Below are positions 57,498 to 64,000 of a DNA stretch of 64,000 nucleotides, piece by piece. The notes beneath the pieces were generated by a model. It had not been told where the DNA came from. It made no database searches and was given only the letters and a program-made list of their open reading frames with translations. Made by a program: the position numbers and the translations under genes. How positions within the stretch are numbered: the first letter of the stretch is position 1; each line of letters starts with the position of its first letter. This stretch comes from Candidatus Rehaiarchaeum fermentans (GTDB lineage: Archaea > Nanobdellota > Nanobdellia > Parvarchaeales > Parvarchaeaceae): contig JAPDLT010000001.1 in assembly GCA_025920435.1 (NCBI GenBank), positions 1,539 to 65,538 on the forward strand, written 5' to 3'.

Positions 57498-58439
57498 TTA
57501 TTTAACTAGTTTGCTTAAAATAGGAGAAAAATCAATTTCGCAAGTACGGTTTTCAATTTTTTCTTCTACATTCTCTAAAAAGGGAATATTAACTTCCGCT
57601 CCATTTAAACTTCCCATGTTTGATATTATTCCTAATATCGGTATATTAAAAGACTTTGCCATAGAGAAAGATACCCTTAATTGATCCAGGGCAAGTTTAG
57701 ATGGAGTAGTTACTAATATAATTCCGTCTAAGGGTATGCTTTGCATTGCTGTTATTGGTATATCACTTGTTCCCGGCGGGAAATCAACTATTAAAAAATC
57801 TAATGCGCCCCAATCAGTTTCAGAATATAATTGTTTTATCAAGTTGCTAACGATAGGTCCTCTCCAAATTCCAACTCCTTTTCCTATCACTATGTCTCTT
57901 CCGACTATTTTTATTCCATTTTTTTCTTGCGGAATTATTTTTTTATTTTCTATTTTGCACATTTCTTCAATTCCAAATAAAGTTGCTATAGAAGGTCCAG
58001 ATATATCTCCATCTAATATTCCTACTTTATAGCCATTTTTTTGCAGAAAGATTGAAAAAAGAGCAGAAACTGTGCTTTTTCCGACTCCTCCTTTAGATGA
58101 AAAGATACCAATTATCTTTTTAATATCCTTTTTCTCATGCCTTTTAATAGATTCGGGTAAACCTCTCTTTTCTGAATAAGCTATTTGTTTGGCATATTCT
58201 AGCTCTTCTCTAGTCATTACATCAAAATTTATTTTAGTTTGTAAATTATTTAATGCACCTATTTTTTCAACTTCTTTTTTTATTTCTTCCTGAAGAGGGC
58301 AATTCGGAACTGTTAATTTTATTTCGACGTATAGTTCGTTTTCAGTTTTTTCTACTTTTTTTATCATTCCTAGCTTCCCGATTGGTATCTGAATTTCAGG
58401 ATCTAAAATATTATATATTTGCTTTTCGATTTCATTCAT
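57498..58439 (-). CDS. Mrp/NBP35/ApbC-type Fe-S cluster carrier ATPase with N-terminal DUF59 (MIP18-like) domain
   Basis: Deviant Walker A GIFSSKGGVGKSTVS and a CxxC-containing ParA-like fold. The N-terminal ~90 aa are DUF59-like. Confidence 0.75.
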   Translation of the reverse strand: MNEIEKQIYNILDPEIQIPIGKLGMIKKVEKTENELYVEIKLTVPNCPLQEEIKKEVEKIGALNNLQTKINFDVMTREELEYAKQIAYSEKRGLPESIKRHEKKDIKKIIGIFSSKGGVGKSTVSALFSIFLQKNGYKVGILDGDISGPSIATLFGIEEMCKIENKKIIPQEKNGIKIVGRDIVIGKGVGIWRGPIVSNLIKQLYSETDWGALDFLIVDFPPGTSDIPITAMQSIPLDGIILVTTPSKLALDQLRVSFSMAKSFNIPILGIISNMGSLNGAEVNIPFLENVEEKIENRTCEIDFSPILSKLVK

Positions 58440-59406
58440 CTTCCTCTACATCCTTTATGCCTTCCGGTGTTATTTGAAATGCAGCTTCTTGCTCAGGAAG
58501 GTTTGGAGAATCTACTAATCTTGCTATTCTTATGTTTTTCTTACTCTTTCTTAAATATACTCTATATGTTGCCATGTGTCCTATTATGTTTCCACCTATT
58601 GCTGCTGTAGGATCTCCAAACAATACGTCAGGTCTTGCCATTACTTGATTAGTATAATAAACTGCTACATTGAATCTATCAGCAATTCTCTGGAGATGAT
58701 GTAATAATACGTTTAATTTCTGCTGTCTATCTGCTAAATTGCTTCTTCCAACAAATTCTGCTCTAAATAATGCGGTCATGCTATCAATTATGATTAATTT
58801 TATTTTCTTATCTTGATTGATAAGATCAGGTATCTTATCTATCAAAAGCATTTGATGATCTGTTGAATAAGCTCTTCCTACTTTTATGTTTTCTAACGAT
58901 TTTTCTGGATCTATTCCTTGAGCCATTGCTATTTGCTTTAATCTTTCAGGTCTGAATGTGCCTTCAGTATCTATCCATACAGCTTTTCCTTCTACTCCTC
59001 CCTTCTCCGGTGGCAATTGCACATTTACGGCTAACTGATACGCTACTTGTGTTTTTCCAGAGCCGTATTCCCCAAAGAATTCTGTTAATGATTGAGTTTC
59101 TATTCCTCCTCCTAATAACCTATTAAGTTTTTCGCTGGAAAGCGTTATTTTTTTGATAGTTTCCATCCTGCTTTCAAAGTCATTTCCGCTTACAAAATTC
59201 ATGTTTGCTGCTTCTCTAGCTTCTGCTATTATTTTTCTTGCCGTAGGTTCTGCAATATCTGCTACTTCAGCTACGTCTGCAGGATTAGCAGTAGCTAGTG
59301 CAATTATATCGTAATAACCAGCATTTCTAAGCTTAGATGCTATTGTTGGCCCTACTCCTGGCAGATCTTCTATTTCTTTTATTCCATTTTCCTCATCGTT
59401 TTCCAT
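58432..59406 (-). CDS. radA: DNA repair and recombination protein RadA
   Basis: N-terminal HhH (LPGVGPTIASKL), Walker A GEYGSGKTQ, and VNVQLPPEKGG identical to the Sulfolobus RadA block. Length is 324 aa. Confidence 0.9.
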   Translation of the reverse strand: MENDEENGIKEIEDLPGVGPTIASKLRNAGYYDIIALATANPADVAEVADIAEPTARKIIAEAREAANMNFVSGNDFESRMETIKKITLSSEKLNRLLGGGIETQSLTEFFGEYGSGKTQVAYQLAVNVQLPPEKGGVEGKAVWIDTEGTFRPERLKQIAMAQGIDPEKSLENIKVGRAYSTDHQMLLIDKIPDLINQDKKIKLIIIDSMTALFRAEFVGRSNLADRQQKLNVLLHHLQRIADRFNVAVYYTNQVMARPDVLFGDPTAAIGGNIIGHMATYRVYLRKSKKNIRIARLVDSPNLPEQEAAFQITPEGIKDVEEDE

Positions 59407-59644
59407 TTTTACTCACCTTTTCCAATATTAATATAGTATCTGTATCTTGTATATTGTATTTACTCAATTTGTTTATAACTATTGATGATATTTCTTCCAT
59501 GTTTTCTACATTTACTCTTAAAATAACTGGCCATTCTCCCGCTACAAACATACATTCTTGCACATTATCTATTTTTATTAGCTCATTCATTATGTCTATT
59601 GGACTGGATTCGCTTTTTAATTTTAATAGTATTAGCGCCTCCAT
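59393..59644 (-). CDS. stand-alone Lrp/AsnC C-terminal (RAM) domain protein
   Basis: The 83-aa protein has an alternating hydrophobic beta-alpha-beta-beta-alpha-beta pattern (ALILLKLK...CMFVAGEWPVILRVNV...) typical of stand-alone RAM domains. Confidence 0.4.
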   Translation of the reverse strand: MEALILLKLKSESSPIDIMNELIKIDNVQECMFVAGEWPVILRVNVENMEEISSIVINKLSKYNIQDTDTILILEKVSKNGKR

Positions 59645-59733
59645 ATTGCTATAATTAGTGGAAAATATTTATACGCTTTAAAAGTTAAATTTCAGATATT
59701 TTAATATTTTTATATTATTTTTAGATATGATTT

Positions 59734-60351
59734 ATGGATAAATCAGATTTTATCAAGTATGTTCAAGAATTAAAATCGATTATTATGCGTGATAAAAGAA
59801 ACTTTAAGCAATCTATAGATGTAATAATAACTTTTAAGCCTGCTACTGTTGATGGAATATTGTATTTGCCTCACCCTACAAAGCAAAACAAATTGTTGGC
59901 TTTTGTCGATGATGATTTTAAGCTAGTTAACATATTTGATCTTTCTATTAAAAAATCAGAATTTGATAAGTACAATAAGAAGAGTATTAAGAGTCTAGCT
60001 AAATCCTACGACATTTTATTTGGTGAATCTACTATAATGCCTAATCTTGCTTCTAAGTTTGGTAAACTTTTAACTTCTCTCGGTAAAATGCCCAGTCCTA
60101 AGTACGGAACTGTTTTTACTCCTACTACTAATATTTCAGAAATAGCTAGTAAAATGAAAGTAGCTATTATAATAAATAACAAGAAAAATAATTTCATTAG
60201 CGTAAAGATAGGAAAGGAAGATGATAGTGACGAAAATTTAGCTGAAAATATGTTCGCTGTTTATTCTTTTGTAGCTAGCTTAATAAATTCTACAAACATA
60301 AAAAGATTATATATAAAAGGAACTATGACTAAACCTATTAAGATAATATGA
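59734..60351 (+). CDS. rpl1: ribosomal protein L1
   Basis: [17 protein letters not shown] matches the L1 KRNF-x-ESV-D block. Length is 205 aa, immediately upstream of P0. Confidence 0.75.
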   Translation: MDKSDFIKYVQELKSIIMRDKRNFKQSIDVIITFKPATVDGILYLPHPTKQNKLLAFVDDDFKLVNIFDLSIKKSEFDKYNKKSIKSLAKSYDILFGESTIMPNLASKFGKLLTSLGKMPSPKYGTVFTPTTNISEIASKMKVAIIINNKKNNFISVKIGKEDDSDENLAENMFAVYSFVASLINSTNIKRLYIKGTMTKPIKII

Positions 60352-61487
60352 TGTCTAATGGTGCGAAATTGAAGGCAAAAAGAGTAGAGAGCTTATCTAA
60401 AAAATTAGGAAGTGTAATAGTTTTAGGTGATCTTAATGATTTTGATGCTTACAATATTCAACTTTTAAGAAAAGAGGTTAAAGATAAGGGTCTTTCGTTT
60501 ATATTTGATAATAAAGTAGTAATAAGAAGATCTTTAGAAAAAGTTTCAAAAGATCTTGCAGATTTAGTTGATGAGTGTGCGCAACCATTTATAATAAGCG
60601 GTAATGAAGTAGAGCTAGCCTATTTTGGGCAAATAATTTCTAAGTATATAAGGAAAAAATATGTTAAAGCAGAAGAAATTGCTGAAAATGATATTGTAAT
60701 ACCTGCAGGCCCTACTCCTTTTGCTCCTGGTCCGATGACAGTAAAATTTTCTTCTTTAGGAATAAAAACAAAGAATGAGGGAGGTAAAATTTCAGTCATG
60801 CAAGATACTGTAGTTTGCAGGAAGGGAGAAAAAGTTAAGCCTGAAGTTGCATCATTACTTGCTACTTTAGGAATTAAGGCCGTAAGTAAAAATTTAAAAA
60901 TAGTATGTGTCTATTATAAGGGACTGATAGTAAAACAAGACCTACTAAATGTTTATTCAAAAATCAGTGAATTAGTAAGAGAATCATTATCAAATTCGAG
61001 AAATCTGTCTCTTGCTCTTGAATTAATAGATAAAGATACAATAAACTACCTGATTAGAAAAGCTTATATAGTAGGAGAGAATTTAATGGTAATCAGAGAA
61101 GTTCCTTCCAAGGAAAACATTGGAAGGATCTTGCTTTCTGCAGTTAAAGCTGCAGAAAGATTGGATAAAAATAAAAATATGGACTACGTATACGCAGCAT
61201 TGCTGTTACATAGTTTGGGCAAGGAAGTAACAGAAGAAAATATGAGAAACGTTATAAAGGCTACAGGCTCTGAAGTAGATGAAGCTAAAATAAAAGTATT
61301 GGTTGATGCATTAAAAGGAGTTGATATAGATAAGGAAATAAAGGAAGCTCAAACAATGAGTATCTCTGCTCCTGTAGCTGCTGGTCCAGCTCCTTCTGCT
61401 CCAGCTGAAAATAAAGAAAAGAAAGAAGAGGAGGAAAAGAAAGCAGAGGAATCCGCAGCTGCTGGACTAAGTAGTCTTTTTGAATAG
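60348..61487 (+). CDS. rpl10: ribosomal protein L10 / acidic stalk protein P0
   Basis: The L10 N-terminal domain plus the acidic C-terminal tail ...[21 protein letters not shown] is typical of P0/P1 stalk proteins. ATGA overlap with rpl1. Confidence 0.8.
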   Translation: MMSNGAKLKAKRVESLSKKLGSVIVLGDLNDFDAYNIQLLRKEVKDKGLSFIFDNKVVIRRSLEKVSKDLADLVDECAQPFIISGNEVELAYFGQIISKYIRKKYVKAEEIAENDIVIPAGPTPFAPGPMTVKFSSLGIKTKNEGGKISVMQDTVVCRKGEKVKPEVASLLATLGIKAVSKNLKIVCVYYKGLIVKQDLLNVYSKISELVRESLSNSRNLSLALELIDKDTINYLIRKAYIVGENLMVIREVPSKENIGRILLSAVKAAERLDKNKNMDYVYAALLLHSLGKEVTEENMRNVIKATGSEVDEAKIKVLVDALKGVDIDKEIKEAQTMSISAPVAAGPAPSAPAENKEKKEEEEKKAEESAAAGLSSLFE

Positions 61488-61541
61488 GTTTTATTTCTAA
61501 ATTTTTCTTTAATATATTATTTATTTTTTAGTTATAGATTT

Positions 61542-62639
61542 ATGAAGTTAAGTAAGCTAAATGAGAATTTTTCAAATATATTTTCAAAAAACGTAATTTT
61601 TATAATATTTACACTTGTTGCGATATTCGTTTCTGCTATAACAATTATTTTCTTTTATAGACTTCCTTATTCCTCTAACTCAACCAGTATTTACATTTCG
61701 TTTAAGAATATTTCTTATTTTAATTACAGCTTTATCAGAGCGCTTATAAATATAACAAATAAAAATTACCTTAATGTATCTTATCCTACAAATTTAAGTA
61801 AAAAAATTATTGGAAGTTACTTTATTTCAGATTTGCCTTCTCTCATTATTTTAAATACTTCTAGAGAAAATCTTTCCGCTTTTTTGATTACAATTTATCT
61901 TTTTAATAATGTTCTGAATCTAGGCTTTAATGGATCCTATTTTTCCTTAAATGATCCATTTATATCTACCATAACTGGAAATACTTCTTTTTATTCGCTA
62001 GTTTTAAATAAAACGATAAGGACCTCTTATGTTTCTAATCCTGAGAAAATATTTAATAATTCGCTAATATCTTCTTATGTTTCACCTTTTGCTTTCATTA
62101 AAACTAATCAAACTAAGAATAATACTTTACTTGTTGTATTTTCTAATGATCCATTTAGTGCCGTTCAATTGAGTATATTAGATAAAGCTTTGTCCTATTT
62201 CGGAAATGTTACTTTTGAAAATAAGACTTCAAACTCAATAAATGACATTTCTTCTATAGGTCCAATAGAATATGAAGAACCAATTTCATTTAAGGGGCCT
62301 TTCAAGTTAATTATAGAAAATGATAGTTCATCATCACTTTCTTCCTATGCCATTTCGGAATTAATTACTTATGAAGAAAATGCACTAAATCCAATTTTAA
62401 ATCAGTATGGATTTTTACCATTTATAAGTATAGGTAATGAATTCATTGGATTTGGTTCATTTATTAGACCTTATTACTTTAACAATCTTAATCCTTTGAA
62501 AGCTAAGATGAACTCTACTTTGAGTTTAATATTTAATGAAAGCGTTAATTATATTTCAGCACTTATTTGTAAAGCTTATAATTTGTCAAACCCTATTTGT
62601 AATAGCAATTATGTTTCTAAATATTATTCTTTAATTTGA
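61542..62639 (+). CDS. hypothetical secreted/anchored protein, extremely rich in N-glycosylation sequons
   Basis: N-terminal TM, then more than 20 N-x-S/T sites (NSTS, NISY, NYSF, NITN, NVSY, NLSK, NTSR, NLSA, NGSY, NTSF, NKTI...). Confidence 0.35.
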   Translation: MKLSKLNENFSNIFSKNVIFIIFTLVAIFVSAITIIFFYRLPYSSNSTSIYISFKNISYFNYSFIRALINITNKNYLNVSYPTNLSKKIIGSYFISDLPSLIILNTSRENLSAFLITIYLFNNVLNLGFNGSYFSLNDPFISTITGNTSFYSLVLNKTIRTSYVSNPEKIFNNSLISSYVSPFAFIKTNQTKNNTLLVVFSNDPFSAVQLSILDKALSYFGNVTFENKTSNSINDISSIGPIEYEEPISFKGPFKLIIENDSSSSLSSYAISELITYEENALNPILNQYGFLPFISIGNEFIGFGSFIRPYYFNNLNPLKAKMNSTLSLIFNESVNYISALICKAYNLSNPICNSNYVSKYYSLI

Positions 62640-62640
62640 T

Positions 62641-63270
62641 TTAAAAAGCTCTAGCAAACTCATCTAAACTTTCCTTAAATTTTTCATTAACTACACCTGA
62701 AGCTACTAAGAATCCTTCTGCACCTTCTTCTCTTCCCTTTTTTATGTCTTCACTGCTTTTTATACCTGCGCCTATTATGGGAATTATTTCTCCTTTGCTT
62801 TTTACTATATTTACAAATTTCTTTACTATTTCTCCCTTAGAAGAAGAAACTGATACGTTTCCACCTATTAGCTCTGGCGGTTCATAAGCTATTCCAAAAG
62901 GATTTAAATTTACCATTTTTTCTGCTTCTTTTAAGTTTCTTACACAAACTATTGTTTTTAAATCGTTTTTCTTGAGTATTTCTACTAACTTTTCTATTTC
63001 ATTTTGCTTTAATCGATGTTCGGAATGATTAATTAAAGAACCTATCGCCCCGGCTTTTTTTATTTCATAATAAGAAATAAATCCAGTTGAAGCTCCAGGC
63101 TCTATAGGATCTGTATGCTGAGCTATCACATCAATTATTTTGCTTATTTGAGAAAGCAGAGAAAGAGGGGGCGCTACATATGAATCTCTTATCTTTTGTT
63201 TTAAGTATTTAGCTATTTCAGTTCCAAAATCTATTCCTTCTTTATAGGCTTTGTAATTAACTATAAACAT
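62641..63270 (-). CDS. tpiA: triosephosphate isomerase (short archaeal type)
   Basis: NYKAY at the N-terminus, catalytic-loop context LINHSEHR, AYEPPELIGG and IGAGI...ASGV match archaeal TIM. Confidence 0.85.
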   Translation of the reverse strand: MFIVNYKAYKEGIDFGTEIAKYLKQKIRDSYVAPPLSLLSQISKIIDVIAQHTDPIEPGASTGFISYYEIKKAGAIGSLINHSEHRLKQNEIEKLVEILKKNDLKTIVCVRNLKEAEKMVNLNPFGIAYEPPELIGGNVSVSSSKGEIVKKFVNIVKSKGEIIPIIGAGIKSSEDIKKGREEGAEGFLVASGVVNEKFKESLDEFARAF

Positions 63271-63987
63271 TTAGTGAAATATGCTTTTCAATGATTTAAT
63301 TATTTCTACTGCATTTTTAGATTGGAATATATTTCTTCCTATCGCAAATCCACTTGCTCCTGCTCTTGCCGCCTTTTCAGCTCTTTCTATTAGATTTCCT
63401 TCTTCAATTTTTTTACCTCCAGCGAAAAATAACTTGCTTTTTAATGCGTTTTTAGTTATCCATTCTAAATTTGAGTCATCATTCGGATATTTTACTTTGA
63501 TTACGTCTGCACCCAGTTCTGCACCTAATCTTGCAGCATAAGCTACAATTTTTGGATCCTCATCATTATTAATAGATTTTCCTCTAGGATAACTCCACAA
63601 TACTACTTTTAATCCATACTTTCTTGCCTCTTCATAGATTTTTCCAAATTCACTTATCATTCTACTTTCTTCCTCACTCCCAAAATAGATAGTATAGCCT
63701 ACAGCCTCTGCTCCGAGTTTTATTGCATATTCTACAGAGCTCCATGCTAGAGATATTGGTTCTCCTTCTCTTAAAGAAGTTTTTGAATTTAATTTCAATA
63801 TTAAAGGAATACCTAAATCTTTGCTATAGTATTTCTCCGCAACGCCTTTCAATAATATTAATGCATCAACTTCTGCTTTTTTAGCAACATCTAGAATATA
63901 TTCTGGATTATAGTTTAAATTATCGAAGTCAGTGGGCCCATGCTCAAAACCATGGTCGTAAGCTAGAAAAACACCGCTTAGTTTCAT
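63271..63987 (-). CDS. DhnA-type class I aldolase (fructose-bisphosphate aldolase FbaB or AroA'-type)
   Basis: The LAYDHGFEHGP N-terminal motif is characteristic of the archaeal DhnA aldolase family. It is adjacent to tpiA. Confidence 0.65.
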   Translation of the reverse strand: MKLSGVFLAYDHGFEHGPTDFDNLNYNPEYILDVAKKAEVDALILLKGVAEKYYSKDLGIPLILKLNSKTSLREGEPISLAWSSVEYAIKLGAEAVGYTIYFGSEEESRMISEFGKIYEEARKYGLKVVLWSYPRGKSINNDEDPKIVAYAARLGAELGADVIKVKYPNDDSNLEWITKNALKSKLFFAGGKKIEEGNLIERAEKAARAGASGFAIGRNIFQSKNAVEIIKSLKSIFH

Positions 63988-64000
63988 ATTTAGATAGTTC

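Overview
The window is an AT-rich (roughly 30% GC) archaeal chromosomal segment, gene-dense on both strands. It mixes core housekeeping genes with several lineage-patchy or uncharacterised modules. I cannot assign a lineage from sequence alone; the content suggests a free-living, likely aerobic or thermoacidophile-like archaeon.

Housekeeping content:
- aminoacyl-tRNA synthetases ValRS, GlyRS, class II LysRS and CysRS
- a ribosomal cluster L7Ae-S28e-L24e
- ribosomal proteins L44e-S27e and L1-P0
- aIF5B, TFE and KsgA
- a nuoABCDHI complex I module
- a two-subunit pyruvate/2-oxoacid:ferredoxin oxidoreductase
- a fused ADP-forming acetyl-CoA synthetase
- Fe/Mn superoxide dismutase
- triosephosphate isomerase plus a DhnA-type aldolase
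- RadA, Mre11-Rad50, Hel308, a type IA topoisomerase, an RPA with a zinc ribbon, and RNase HI

Seven tRNA genes are recognisable. Ala-TGC, Leu-TAG and Asp-GTC are unspliced. Ala-CGC and Tyr-GTA carry canonical anticodon-loop introns. Gln-CTG is ordinary. One 103-nt tRNA-like gene fits a cloverleaf only if two separate insertions, in the anticodon loop and in the T-loop, are removed.

No CRISPR array, integrase or obvious mobile element was seen.

The regions most worth a second look are:
- a putative pilin / membrane-tethered wHTH / mini-Hjc nuclease cassette at 27.8-29.6 kb
- a standalone Cas4-like Fe-S nuclease
- an uncharacterised gene pair (309-aa protein plus a DUF429-like RNase-H-fold protein) abutting mre11-rad50, which lack herA/nurA partners
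- a putative operon linking a MUG-type DNA glycosylase, a 130-aa orphan, a 632-aa protein with a C-terminal calcineurin-like phosphoesterase domain, and a 476-aa surface protein
- a ThiS/MoaD-type Gly-Gly ubiquitin-like ORF overlapping the valS 3' end, with an NcsA-type tRNA thiolase 7 kb away

All functional calls rest on motif recognition by eye in the supplied translations. No database searches were run.
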